64,000 nucleotides of DNA, from assembly GCA_951406725.2 (NCBI GenBank), contig OX597837.1, positions 21,700,001 to 21,764,000 on the forward strand, given 5' to 3'. Positions within the stretch are counted from its first letter, which is position 1. Each line of letters opens with the position of its first letter. Below are positions 1 to 12,719 of the stretch, in pieces. The notes below the pieces were generated by a model. The model saw only the letters and a list, made by a program, of their open reading frames with translations, was not told the DNA's origin and ran no database searches. The stretch comes from Octopus vulgaris. Taxonomy: Eukaryota. The translations under genes were made by a program, and so were the position numbers.

Positions 1-211
1 GCGGTGAGCTGGCAAAATCATTAGCATGCCGGGAGACATGTTTAGTGGTATTTTGTCTGTCGCTACGTTCTGTGTTCAAATTTCACCAAGGTCAACTTTA
101 CCTTTCATCCTTTCGGGGTAGATAAATTAAGTACCAGTTGAGTACTGGGGTTGATGAAATAGATTTAACCCCTCCCCCACAATTTCAGACCATGTGCCTA
201 TAATAGAAAGG

Positions 212-246
<35 letters not shown>

Positions 247-865
247 TGAGAAGGCGGCAAGCTGGCAGAAACGTTGGCAGGCCGGGCGAAATGCTTAGCA
301 GTGTTTCGTCTGCCGCTATGTTCTGAGTTCAAATTCCACCAAGGTTGACTTTGCCTTTCATCCTTTCAGGGTCGATTAAATAAGTACCAGTTACGCACTG
401 GGGTCGATATAATCGACTTAATCCGTTTGTCTGTCCTTGTTTGTCCTTTCTGTATTTAGCCTCTTGTGGGTAGTAAAGAAATAGGTATTTCGTCTGCTGT
501 TATGATCTGAGTTCAAATTCCGCCGAGGTCGACTTTGCCTTTCATCCTTTCAGGGTAAATAAATTAGGTATCAGTGAAACACTGGGATCAACGAAATCAA
601 CTTAACCCATCCCCAACAGTTTCAGGCTATGTGCCTATAGCAGAAAGGATCATTATTAAAGTGAACTGACAGAGTCAGCATGTTGGATGAAATGCTTAGC
701 AGTATTTCGCTCATTGCTACATCCTGAGTTCAAATTCTGCTGAGGTTGAGTTTACCTTTCATCCTTTCAGGGTCAATAAAATAAGTACCAGTTATACACT
801 GGAGTTGATCTAATTGACTCATCCCCTCCCCAAAATTGCTGCCCTTGTGGCAGAATTTGAAACCA
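1..865 (+). mobile_element. Cluster of tRNA-derived SINEs, family A (Nin/Deu-like core)
   Basis: Repeated GAGCTGGCAGAATCGTTAGC...GAGTTCAAATTCC (A/B boxes), core GCCTTTCATCCTTTCGGGGTCGATAAATTAAGTACCAG and (ATT)n tails. Further copies at about 1700-1920, 5860-6900, 7880-8050, 12420-12650(-), 17990-18420, 35790-35985(-), 36800-37020(-), 39085-39295, 46265-46455(-), 51730-51930(-), 52752-52995(-). Confidence 0.85.
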
Positions 866-868
866 TCA

Positions 869-898
<30 letters not shown>

Positions 899-903
<5 letters not shown>

Positions 904-1110
904 TCTGCCTTAGTGAAGGTGGAGGTATTTTTTTCAGTTGTGTTTGTTTGTTTGTTTGTTTGCTTGCTTGTGGATAAGATATCTCAAGAACTGTTGGATG
1001 GATTCAGATGAAACTTTCAGGGATGTTTGGCCTCATGACTGGCACAAACTGATTTGACTTTGGGATCAATCCAGTTGCCTTGGCAGAGGTTTGCGCTCTC
1101 TGAGTGCTCT
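899..1110 (+). mobile_element. Helentron-associated (DINE/HINE-like) short element
   Basis: Subterminal inverted repeats ACCTCTGCC / GGCAGAGGT, (GTTT)n tract, and 3' hairpin GCGCTC-TCT-GAGTGC; inserted in T/A-rich sequence. Confidence 0.6.
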
Positions 1111-1121
1111 TATTATTATTA

Positions 1122-1660
1122 TTGAGTGAGAGAGCAGTGCATGCCATCAAAGTGACATTGGGGTAAAATATACGAAGCCCAGTATACCCATCGTAACTAC
1201 CCGTCTGATAAGGGTACACCAGGCACATGCATCACAACCATGTGTGCACGACATGGTGATCTCATATCAAGATAAACAGCGCTTGACCTTGCAGGTGGGG
1301 CCCAGTTAGGATTTTCTTCCCACACAAAAGGTCCCTGAATAAGGATTGTTTAGGGTCCCTGAATAAGGATTGTTTCCAAAGGTGAATTATCCAAACCTCC
1401 AAGAATTCCTTTCAACACACGGCTATGATGCTCCCCCACTACTTCTGCTCGTGGTCAGAGATGCACATATCATCAGCCACTAAGGGACATGCTCAATTGG
1501 TAATGGTCAAACAACTGACAAGCAAATCTGTGGCATTGAGCAGAATATTTGCTGTAGCCCATCTTTTTTATACCAAGACATAACAATGTACATGATAACA
1601 CTTCCAATCAGTTAAGATCAGAAGCTATGAGAGCCACTGCCTGATATTGCATCAGGACAT
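1122..1660 (-). mobile_element. Non-coding retroposon tail embedded in (TAA)n (possible Dong/R4-type 3' UTR)
   Basis: Flanked on both sides by (ATT)n; a second partial copy is at about 57500-57940. The clade assignment is inference. Confidence 0.4.
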
Positions 1661-1939
1661 TTATTATTATTTATTATTATTATTATCATCATCATCCTCA
1701 TCAAGTGGCAAGCTGGCAGAATCATTAGCATGCCAGGCAAAATGCTTAACAGCATTTCATCTGTCTTTATGTTCTGAGTTCAAATTCTGCAGGGACCACT
1801 TTGCCTTTCATCCTTTCAAAGTTGATAAAATAAGTACCAGTTGAACACTGGGGTTGATATAATCGACTTAGCTCCTCTCCCAGACTTGCTGGCCATGTGC
1901 CAAAATTTGAAACCATTATTATCATTATTGGCAGACTCA

Positions 1940-3119
1940 GTAAGGCACCTGAGAAAAATACTTATTCTTAGTGCAAGTTTTGAAGAGTGCAGTTTGATTT
2001 TAACACTTATTTTTTCAAAGCTATAATGGAAGCGAAAAAGGAGCATATTTGGCATATTTTGGTTTATGAGTTCAATAAAGACAACAACGGAATGGAAAGT
2101 GCGAGGAATATTCATGCAGTATATTGGGATCAGACAATAAGCATAAGCCAGTGTCAATAGTGGTTCCAGAAATTCTGAGTCAGAGACTACAGCCTAGAAG
2201 ACAAGCCTTGTTATGGAAGGTCTGTAGAGCTTGATGAGGATGTCCTGCAAACTATGGTGGAACAAAATCCCATCGTAACTGTTGAGGATCTAGCAGAGAA
2301 GCTTGGATTTGGTCAGTCAACTATTCATTGACACCTGTGTGCCATCGAAAAAGTCAGAAAATTGGGTTCCTCACAAATTTTCGAAGTCTAATCACACACA
2401 GAGAGTGAATGTGTGCTCTTCTTTGCCGTCACATCTCACGAAGGAACCTTTTTTGGACCAAATACTGACAGGTGATGAGAAATGAGTTCTCTGTAAAAAT
2501 GTCAAGCACTGAAGACAGTAGGTAGGGAAAAGAGAAACACCATCATCCTAGGCTAAAGAAGGTTTTTATCCATGTAAGGTATTCTTATCTGTTTGGTGGA
2601 AAATGAAAGGTTTAGTCCACCTTGAACTTTCAAACCCAAACCAAATGAGAAAGGAGATGTACTGCAAGCAGCTTGAGTTGCTTAAGTCAGTACTAGAAGA
2701 AAATGACCATCTTTGGTTTCAAGATGAAAGTTGATCTTCCATCAGGATAATGCTCAGCCACATACAGTGAGGATGACATTCCAAAGGCTGGAGCAGTTTG
2801 AATGGGAAATGATGCCCCACCCACCATATTTGCTGGACATTGCCCCATCTGATTATCATTTATTCTGCAGTCTTCAAAATCATTTGGACAGAAAAAATAT
2901 GAATTCTGTAGACGAGGTTAGAACAGTACTGTGGAAGTATTTTTCATCATGGGCAAGTGAATTTTGGAAGAGGGCCTTGAAAGTCTACCAGATAGATGGA
3001 AGAGTATTGTTGAAAATGAAGGGGAGTATATTTTAGATTAGAAAAGAACTTGGTTTATCTTAATTTTGAAAAATAAAAGAAGTATGAAAAAAACGCATTG
3101 TTTATGGGATGAACCAATA
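1940..3119 (+). mobile_element. Decayed mariner transposon
   Basis: Frameshifted transposase from about 2026 (MEAKKEHIWHILVYEF...WVPH...TGDEK...HQDNAQPH...HPPYLLDIAPSDYHLF). Right TIR TTATGGGATGAACCAATA. Confidence 0.85.
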
Positions 3120-4672
3120 TATGACATTGACTGAGAAAGATCCTATGGAAAATCTCTATTCAAAACTGAGGATGAAGCCGAAAAGTAGACCAAGATGGTG
3201 AATTATACACATGTTCATCAGCTTGTGCCATAATGCATGGGGAAGCATAAACACTTTTGTAACATAGTATGAGGTCGTGATAAATGCTGAGGTGACAAGA
3301 AAAACATGTGATTGGATGGGGGTTTCAGTTTAAGTCTAATGACTCTGTGAGCACAGAAGCATTCCAGAGCTGCGCTTTGTCAAGGTAGCAGAAAGAAAAG
3401 CCATGAGATTGGTGACAGAAGGTAGAAAACCCGAGTTTTACATGCAAGTCTATTTGACAGGCTTCTGGTCAGAGGTAAAAAAAAAAGCAGGGTGGGAGAG
3501 CAGAAGAAAATAAAGGTAACTGTGCAACAGCAGACCATAAATACAGTGAGGCCTGTTGTAATTGAAGAGATTATCTCACCCTCAGTTCCAAGAGCTGAGA
3601 AAAAGTGAGAAGTATGGCAAACTGTCAGAGAAGACTAGGAGAAAAAAAAAACACCAGGAAAACACAGGAACCCAAATAAAAAATGCAAAAAGATGAATTG
3701 ATTCCTTGAATGCTCGTTGTTGGTTCAGAATAGTAACAATAGTTACCCTGCAGGTTATATAGTAACTTACTGTATAACCAGCAAGGTAACAAAATATGTT
3801 CACTGGTTATGGGATCACTAAGATTTTAAGAGGTATAGAGAGAAGGCCTTTCAATATTTGTTCCATTCCTCTGCACAGCACTGAGGTTTACTTTGCCTTT
3901 ATTTCTTTCAAAGTTGATAAACTACCAGTCCAGCACTAAGGGGAGGGGGTCCCTCTTCCTCTCACTTTCAAGAAGAAATCATCTGTGAAGAAGGATGGGC
4001 TGTGAAGAAGGTAAAGACAAACTGCTCAAGATGTTGTGTGTCGTGATTGTGTCCCTACAACTCCATCAGGAATTGAGAGTTCAAGGCAAGGTAAAAGGGG
4101 ACAGTATCACGCTTCCTAAAAAGGAACATACTTTTCATTAAGACCACATTAGTGTTCTATGTTTGAGGGATTATACCCCAGAGAATGCAGCCTTTCATGG
4201 CTCAAGTGAGGGCCCTTCTTAGCTCAGCCAATCCCCCAAAATCTCACATACACTTCTGGATGTGCCCTATTTTAGCACAAGGAGTAGATGCAGACAGTCA
4301 TGACGTGTATGTGGGTGGGCTCCTCTTAATAGTTGCATTTATATTTATTCATTTATGTTTATATACATAGTTATCTATACATGAGCTGAGAGATAAGAGG
4401 AATCAAATGTTGTGTGCAAGAGAAACAACTGCACAAGTACAGGCATGTAATGTGTATGGATGATAACAGCTGGATAAAGAAGTGCCAAGAGATCCAAGCT
4501 GAAGAAAGCTTTGTGAAAGGAAAACCAAAGAAGACAGGGAAAGAAGAGAGGAAAACTGATCTCAGCATGTTTAGTTTCCTGAAGTGCCCATCCAGCGACT
4601 GCACAAACATCTGAAAACAATACCAGCAGCAGCAGCCAACCATTGAAGACCAAGTCTGGTAGTGCAGGCTAC

Positions 4673-5075
4673 AGGCGCAGGAGTGGCTGTGTGGTAAGTA
4701 GCTTGCTTACTAACCACATGGTTCCGAGTTCAGTCCCACTGCGTGGCACCTTGGGCAAGTGTCTTCTACTATAGCCTCGGGCCGACCAAAGCCTTGTGAG
4801 TGGATTTGGTAGACGGAAACTGAAAGAAGCCTGTCGTATATATGTATATATATATATATGTGTGTGTGTGCGTGTATGTTTGTGTTTGTCCCCCTAGCAT
4901 TGCTTGACAACTGATGCTGGTGTGTTTATGTCCCCATTACTTAGCGGTTCAGCAAAAGAGACCAATAGAATAAGTACTTGGATTACAAAGAATAAGTCCC
5001 GGAGTCGAGTTGCTCGACTAAAGGCGGTGCTCCAGCATGGCCACAGTCAACTGACTGAAACAAGTAAAAGAGAAA
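4673..5075 (+). mobile_element. tRNA-derived SINE, family B (CORE/Meta-like core with internal (TA)/(TG) microsatellite)
   Basis: GGCGCAGGAGTGGCTGTGTGGTAAG...GGTTCAGTCCCAC...CCTTGGGCAAG...GTGGATTTGGTAGACGGAAACTGAAAGAAGCC...GAAACAAGTAAAAGA. Copies at about 16080-16460(-), 20090-20535, 34960-35350, 49705-50075, 50150-50330(-), 50498-50850, 51185-51590, 52255-52625, 55165-55540, 58425-58800(-), 61600-62003(-), 62665-63045(-). Confidence 0.85.
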
Positions 5076-5604
5076 AGAGAAAGAGAGAGTGGTTTGGCTA
5101 TGACTGCAGGGTGAGCACTGGAAGACGACCACATCAAATTCTGAAAGAGCAGCAACCGATGCACTGGAGAATCCAGTGCAGGACACCAAAGAAGGCACAG
5201 GCAAAACAAACCGAGTAAGACTGAAGTTACAGTGCCTTGTCCTCAAGGATGCTAAAGCCAGAGCCATGGATTGGAAAGCATGGAATAACATCACCAGAGT
5301 CCATCATCCAGTGGCACCTACAGCAGCATATTTGTTGAGAGGACAGCAACCCCATCTGTTCATTAGCTAGGAGGTTTAACAAGATTTTCCTGAAGGGAGA
5401 TGACAAAGGAATGTAATGAAAACAAATGGTAAGATGTAAGATGCTGTGTTAGAAAGGAACTGTCTAACCCATGCAGGTATGGTAAACCAGATGTAAAAAG
5501 ATGATTATCATCATCTTCCTGGTTATATTTATATTAAATAGTTTTGTTTTTATATCTATCATAAGTTCTTGTTCCCTACTTTTCTTCTTTTTAATAACAG
5601 TGCC

Positions 5605-5801
5605 TCACCTGGCACCTGTGCTGGTGGCACGTAAAAAGCACCCACTACACTCACGGAGTGGTTGGCATTAGGAAGGGCATCCAGCTGTAGAAACACTGCC
5701 AGATCAGACTGGAGCCTGGTGCAGCCTTCTGGCTTCCCAGATCCCCGGTCGAACCATCCAATCCATGCTAGCATGGAGAACGGACGTTAAACGATGATGA
5801 T
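5605..5801 (+). mobile_element. Family C retroposon 3' end (RTE-LINE 3' UTR-like) with (GAT)n tail
   Basis: GGTGGCACGTAAAAAGCACC...GGCGTTAGGAAGGGCATCCAGCTGTAGAAAC...GACGTTAAACGATGATGA. Copies at about 7570-7875, 29586-29810, 30965-31097(-), 40120-40420, 42237-42382, 42660-42920, 53620-54120, 54120-54590(-), 55725-56030(-), 60621-61015, 63337-63650(-). Confidence 0.8.
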
Positions 5802-6898
5802 GTATACCTAATATATCCTTTAAACCGTATTATAATGTTACCGGCTTTTGTCACAAACGCAAAGCTAGCTGAACAGTTGGTGCATCAGACAAAATGCTTA
5901 GCAGCATTTCTTCTGATTCTTTATGTTCTGAGTTCAAATTACACCAAGATCAACACTGCCTTTCATTCTTATGGGGTTGATAAAATAAGTACCAGATGAG
6001 TACTTGGGGTCACTGTATCAACTTTCCCTCTCCCCAAAATTTCAGGCTGTGCGCCTATAGTGGAAAGGAGGATGATGATTATTATCAAGGTAGTGAGCTG
6101 GCAGAATCGTTAGCATGCCAGGTAAAATGTTTAGTGGCATTTCATCTGTCTTCGTGTTCTGAGTTCAAATTCTGCTGAGGTCGACTTGGCCTTTCATCCT
6201 TTCGCGGTCAATAAATTAAGTACCACTGGGGTCGATGTAATTGATTAGTCTCCTCCCCACAAATTTCAGGGCCTTGTACCTTTAGCAGAAACAATTATTA
6301 TTATTAAGGCAGCAAGCTAGAAGAATTGTTAACATGTCAAATATTTTGTCCATCTTTATGTTCTAAGTTCAAATTTTGCTGAGGTCAACTTTGCCTTTCA
6401 TCCTTTCAGGGTTGATAAAATAAGTACCAGTTAGGTACTAGGGTTGATGTAATTGACGTACTCCCTCCTTCAAAATTGCTGGCCTTGTGCCAAAATTTGA
6501 AATCCTTATTATTATCATTATTTAGAGCAGCAGACTAGAAGAAGTGGTAGACAGGACTAACTGCCTTGTAGCATTTATTCCCCCACTTTACATTTTGAGT
6601 TCAAATACTGCCACGGTCAGCTGAGCTTTTATGATCAAAAAATAAAGTACCAGTCAAAAACTGGAGTTCAATTAGTCAACACTATATCCCAAAATTTGTA
6701 GCCTTGTGCCTAAGAAATAAGCATTATTATTTAGGGTAGTGGATTGTCAGAATTAGTAAAGGAATTGGACAAAATGTCTCTGGCTGTTTGTTTTGGGCTT
6801 TCAAGTTTCAAGTTCAGTTCTCATTGAAATCAAATTTACCTTTTATCCTTCCAAGTTTGAGTAGATAAAGTACCAGTTAAGTACAAGAATTGATTTAA

Positions 6899-7117
6899 CC
6901 CTTTAGTGTTCAGATTATTCTATCAAACATAATGCTTATTGATTCCCATTGATTTGAATTAATCATGCATTATCTCATAACTTCAAGATCTTGATGGTGT
7001 AATTACTTAATGTAGAATAACATTGTAGGGTAGGTGTGAGAGCCTGGATCTGGTCAGTTTGAACATAAAACAGATTAGCTATTTTGGCTGGATATGGCCG
7101 GTTTAAATACTAAAGGG
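6899..7117. mobile_element. piggyBac-type MITE
   Basis: TTAA|CCCTTTAG...CTAAAGGG|TTAA. Further copies at about 41339-41540, 44370-44890 (interrupted), 57655-57875 and a partial one at about 63050. Confidence 0.8.
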
Positions 7118-8054
7118 TTAATCAATGGATTAGTAGAATGATTAGAACAACAACCAAAATACTTTGCAACATTGAGTAACAGTGCTGTAACAGTCTGAGT
7201 TCAATTCCTTTGAGGTTAACTTTGTTATTTATCTATCAGGGGGTAAATACTAAATATAGGTGCCCATGGTATCAACTAAACTTCCTCCCTTCAAAATTGC
7301 TGGCATCATACCTGGTTAGTCCACATTACTCTGTAAGGAGCATAGGGCTGGTTCCCCAGTTATTCGCAAGATTACTCATGTTTGCCAGCAGAGGGGACTG
7401 GAACAGCATGAAAAGAAGTGTTTTACACCAGAACACAATGCATTGCCCAGTCCAGGAATCGAAACCCCAATCTTACGATCATGGATCCAATACCCTAACC
7501 ACTAAGACATGTGCCTCCACTATCATTATAATAATAATTATTTTATATTATTATCATTATTATTATTATTCGGTGGCACGTAAAAAGCACCATCCGTTCA
7601 TGGCCGTTTGCCAGCCTCGCCTGGCCTCCGTGCCGGTGGCACGTAAAAAGCACCATCCGATTGTGGCCGTTGCCAGCCTCATCTGGCACCTGTGCCGGTG
7701 GCACGTAAAAAACACCCACTACACTCGCGGAGTGGTTGGCGTTAAGAAGGGCATCCAGCTGTAGAAACACTGCCAGATCAGACTGGGCTTGGTGCAGCCT
7801 TCTGGCTTCCCAGACCCCAGTTGAACCGTCCAACCCATGCTAGCATGGAAAGCGGACGTTAAACGAGGATGATGACGAGGATTATTAGCACGCTTGGCAA
7901 AATACTTAATGGTATTTTGTCTGTTGCTATGTTCTGAGTTCAAATTCTGTTGGGTCAACTTTGCTTTTCAACCTTTCAGAGTCAATAAACACTGGGGTTG
8001 ATGTAATCAACTAGTCCCCTCCCACAAAATTTCAGGCCTTGTGCCTTTAGTAGA

Positions 8055-8380
8055 GAGGCACATGGCTCAGTGGTTAGAGTGTCAGGCTCATAATCACGAG
8101 ATAGTGAGTTCAATTTCCGTTATTGAGCAAGTTGTTTTATTTCACGTTGTGCCAGTTGCTGCAGTTCCCTCATCTGTAGAAATGAGTCGCGACATCACTG
8201 GGGTCAAGCTGTATCGGCCCCTTTGCCTTTCTCTTGGATAACATCGGTGGCATGGAATGGGCAGGGTGGTATGCATGGGCAACTGCTGGTCTTTCATAAA
8301 CAACCTTGCCCAGATTTGTACCTCGGAGGGTAACTTTCCAGGTGCAATCCCATCGTCATTCATGACTGAAGGGGGTCTTT
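8055..8380 (+). mobile_element. tRNA-derived SINE, family D
   Basis: TGGCTCAGTGGTTAGAG (A box), CTCATAA anticodon-like loop, GAGTTCAATT (B box); reverse copy at about 43690-44003. Confidence 0.7.
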
Positions 8381-9984
8381 ATTAGTTTATATCACTATAT
8401 TCTGAGTTCAAATCTTTCTGGGTCAACTTTGTGAGTACCAACGTTGACTTAAAAGTTAGTAACTTTCCCCAAGATATGGATTAGTGCCCATGTTAGAGAT
8501 AATCATCATAATTATTGTGGTTGTAAGAGTGTTTAATGGCAGAGTTGGTAGAGCGCTGTACGAAAATATCTTTTAGCGTTTGATAATAAACCCATGTATA
8601 TTTTCTTTCTTTTTTTTATTTCAAGTTCAAATAACAGGCCAGATGAGATAAACTTTACTTTTTTACCCATTTAGGGTCGATAAAATGGGATTCTCATCAG
8701 ACTGTAGTTCATTCATTCGATTATACGCTTCACCTAATGTATGTGGCTTTGAGGTAAAATTAAAAATCGTTGTCATGACGGAACTAAATAATTACTTTAT
8801 TTTACTCCATCTCTTTACATCCTAAACCTCGCCAGCGTAAATAATGTCTTCATTTTTCCCAGCGTCGAGAAAACAAGTACCAGTAATATAGTCGATTCAA
8901 TTACCTATGTGCCCCATCTACCGCAAAATTATTGGCCTTGAGCCAGTGTGAGAAATAATTGTTGTTGATTTCGTTCTTTCTTTCGTTTCGAGTATTTGGC
9001 ACAAACATTCACATACTGAGTGGTATTTATTTTCGTTACAGGAGGGAGGGAAAAAAATCTCCCATTGTAGCTAACATTAAAACGATTTACAACGAAGCAT
9101 CTCATTCAATGAATGCAATAAAAGACTTGCAGTTAGTTAAATTGGATAGATTTGGCAAGCCGCTATTTTAATTAAATAGGTAGGTACAACGTAGCTTGAC
9201 CAATCCACAGCCACAATCAAATACAATCTGTATTAAAGCATTAAAGAGAAAAAAAAAGTAAAGGCATTTCCATCGAATGTAGTTTAATTTCTACTACTGG
9301 GAGGGACCAAACTTTGGAATGAATCGTGGTTGGAGTAATGTAACCATTAAATCCGACCGTGTCGTCCCAAAAATGGAAGGGAGAGAGAAAAATAGTGTGC
9401 GCTTTGAAGAACTTCTCTAACTTAACTTCCCACAGATTAACGTGAATTTTGAGGATGAAAGAGGACGGAACGGTGGGGGAGTCCAACAAACATTCATATT
9501 ATACACCACACCACCACACAGACAGCACAAGAAATAACAACGATGCGTGTTACTTCGAAATCTTGACGAAACTGAACGTTCCCTGAGTAGTTAATAAGTT
9601 TCAGAACGCAAACATTTTTTGTTTGTTTGTTTAATGTTTCACATAACGATATTTATACAAAGAAATCGAAAAAGATGTGTGTGTGTGTGTATATATAAGA
9701 AACTCGCGAGGATTTACTTAGAAAAAGATATTTTTTTAATGAGCCGTATATATAATCTCTCTCTATACATGTAGAAGTTTGGAATTCTAAATGTAACGAC
9801 TACCCCTCCACCGAGAAACAACACCATTATTTTTACCTATTTTCTTCCTTAACTTCGTTTTGGTTTTCAAACCAGCCCAACATGAATCTTCAAAGACGAG
9901 AGGTTTATATTTATTTATTATTATTTTTAAAATCTTTTTTTTTTTCAAGTTTGGTTTGTATGTAAGTTTAAACTTCATACTCAC

Positions 9985-10123
9985 CACTTTTGCCGACACC
10001 TTCTGCCCCGACTACAGCTACTTTGGTTTCACCTAAAGATGATTTCTTCCTTTTCAGATAGGGTCTGAGTGTGGCCCCTGCTACAGGTCCGGCTTCTTGG
10101 ATAGTTGTCCCAGAGCTGTTCAT
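9985..10123 (-). CDS. First coding exon of a Ras-family small GTPase (RERG/RERGL/RASL12-like)
   Basis: ATG at 10123; MNSSGTTIQEAGPVAGATLRPYLKRKKSSLGETKVAVVGAEGVGKS plus 1 nt, then a GTGAGT donor. Beta-1 strand and G1/P-loop GxxxxGKS, split right after GKS. No exon 2 recognised in 1-9984. Confidence 0.8.
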
Positions 10124-10589
10124 AGCCTGCGCAAAAACAGCGACTTACCGAATTCTTTGATCAGTCATAGAAGTAAAGAAACCCTGCCAATTGTCTTTTT
10201 TGCTTCTTTCTCTCCCGTTCTTTTTCTTAAGTACTTATTGTCTGTGTTTAAGCAGATAGAGAGAGGGGGCGGATGCGGGTGTTTATAAGCGTGAATATAT
10301 GTGTTGTGCGTGTATAATGACGGGGTTGGTGGTAGTTTGGCTGTCTGTTTATCTGCAGGTCTGTCAGTCAGTGTTTGGAACAGGTAATCCAGTTGTTAAA
10401 ATTATCTGAAAGTAATCTTCCGTTGACCATATAGTAAAGTAAAATTTAAAAACAAATCTACAAAAATACAAAACAAGAACAAACTTCTTGTTGTTGTTGT
10501 TAAACTACTAACGAATGTGTATATTTTATGGAGATTGGATGATACTGAGTTACCTAGGAACTATGTAGTAAGAAGAAATTATGACTGAC

Positions 10590-11560
10590 AGATGGTAGTT
10601 AACTGGCAGACAGAGTGTAACAGAGGAGGGTTATTTGAGAATAGATAGAGGAACACGACTGGGAAGGAGAGGCGACTAGATAGAGTAACGAATACAAGGT
10701 ATCTAAGACTTCGAGGTGGGAGACCGGAGTGGATAGAGTAGAGAAAAAAAGTATGAAACTGGCGTAGAGAGGATAGACAGAGTAATGAGTATAGAAAGGG
10801 GTATGTGAAATAAAAGAAGGAGAAAAAGTAAGAGATAGAATAAAAAGTTTTAGGAGGAAGGGCAAAAAAAAAAAAGATAGGATTGATAGAGTAATGAATG
10901 TAATGAAACTTAAAGAGGAAGAGAATAAAAATGAGAGTGATAGAGGGCGAAAGTAAGAGATACATGGATAGTGAAAGAGGGTGAAAGAGAGAGATAGAGA
11001 GATAAATAAAAAGGGTGAAAGTGAGAAATAAAGAGATAGTGATAGAGGGGGAAAGTGAGATAGAGAGAGATAGTGAAAGAAGATGTGAGAGATAGAGAGA
11101 TGGTGAAGAGGGTGAAAGTGAGAAAGAGATAGTGATAGAGGGTGAAAGTGAGAAAGAGATAGTGATAGAGGATCAAAGTGAAAGATAGAGAGATAGTGAA
11201 AGAAGGCAGAGTAAAGTTTTGTTCGGAAAAACGAGTAAGAGAGTAAACGAAACAGGTAGAGGGTGAGAGAGAGCAAAAGTAATGAATATAAGAGAGAGTA
11301 AAAGTAATAAAGAGAGAGAGAGAGAGAAAGAGAGTTGGTATAGAGAGAAAAGAAAGAAAGAAAGGACTATAGAGAAAGATAGACAGATAGAAACAGCTAA
11401 ACTAATAAATAAATGAATAGATAAATAAAGCAGATAAAATAGATAAATACTTTGATGGATAGACTGATAAATTAGTAGATAGATAGTTAGAGTAAGAGAG
11501 AAGGAGAGGGTGCCAGAGAGGGTTAGAGGAAGAAAGAGAGAAAAAGGGAGAGATGGGTAT
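10590..11560. repeat. About 1 kb GA-rich purine tract with about 30-bp degenerate repeats
   Basis: Strong purine skew; repeated GAGGGTGAAAGTGAGAAAGAGATAGTGATA. Confidence 0.8.
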
Positions 11561-11839
11561 ATGCTAGTCTAGGTATCTGTTAGTAGAAGAGAAGGTAGAG
11601 GAAGTAGGGGGGCTGCATTCTATTTTGGTGTAAAAACGGCCCACTTCTCAAAGTTATTTTTGTCCAAAACTCAGGCTTCCCTTCACCTTTCCAAGAATCT
11701 TGCTGTCGTTATTTGCTCTACCTCATCCTCTCCACAAAACATTGCAGTAAATATGATTGGTTATTTTTGTGTATGAATACCGAAAATAACAACACAACGT
11801 CGACAAACCACCACGTCTATTACCACACACCATCGCCAC

Positions 11840-11992
11840 CACGATGATGATGATGGCGGCAATAACAATGGTAGTGATGATAATGATGATGATGATGATG
11901 ATTATGATGGTAGTGATAATGGAAAATGATGGTGATGGTGGCGGCGGTGGTGATGGCGATGACGACCATGATGGTGGTAATGATTACAATGG

Positions 11993-12024
<32 letters not shown>

Positions 12025-12112
12025 GGAGAACGATGACGACGAAGGAAACGAAGATGACGATGATAAAGAAGAGAAACATTATGATGTTGATGACGATGAT
12101 GATGATGGTAAT
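11840..12112. repeat. (GAT)n/(GGT)n trinucleotide microsatellite
   Basis: Seen directly; explains the poly-M/D ORF. Confidence 0.9.
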
Positions 12113-12719
12113 GAAAGTTCCAGACGACAGAGGAGATATAAAGAGGAATATTATGAAACTACCAAAAGAATGTTGTATATTTCTCCAGCAAAAAAAACCC
12201 ATTTCAAAAAATGGTATAAACTGAAAGATTAACTATCTTTGATCGGGCAGTGTGTGTGTATTACTTGTTTTATGTTTAACCCTTCCAACACAGATCAAAC
12301 TTTAATACAGTGCCATCTCGAAACAAGGGGGAAATGGGCAGTCGCTCGGTGGCCTCACGGGTCTTGAGATCCAGTTCTCATTTAAGCACGTTGTGGGTTG
12401 CTGTCAATAAATAAATACATGTTTCTTTACTACCCACAAGGGGCTAAACACAGAGGGGACAAACAAGGACAGACAAACGGATTAAGTCGATTATATCGAT
12501 CCCAGTGCGTAACTGGTACTTAATTTATCGAACCCGAAAGGATGAAAGGCAAAGTCGACCTCGGCGGAATTTGAACTCAGAACGTAGCGGCAGACGAAAT
12601 ACGGCTACGCATTTCGCCCGGCGTGCTAACGACTCTGCCAGCTCGCTTGCCTAATACAGTAGGGCCCAAAGCACAGATCTGTCCCTGCTCCCCCTTGACC
12701 CTTCCCAGGTGGTGGTTAT

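Noticed and set aside
1436-1490. Minus-strand CTGATGA in the TAA-embedded repeat as a hammerhead
   Set aside because: No GAAA or stem II in register; the paralog at about 57630 has CTGACAA.
7210-7764. 184-aa ORF
   Set aside because: Runs through several SINE and family-C repeats and an (ATT)n tract; chimeric and non-coding.
8055-8120. tRNA-Met gene (and similar tRNA-like heads elsewhere)
   Set aside because: Cloverleaf is not closed and the sequence continues into a multi-copy SINE body.
10579-12224. ORFs rich in S/L/F or M/D
   Set aside because: Products of the GA-rich tract and (GAT)n repeat; no domain signal.
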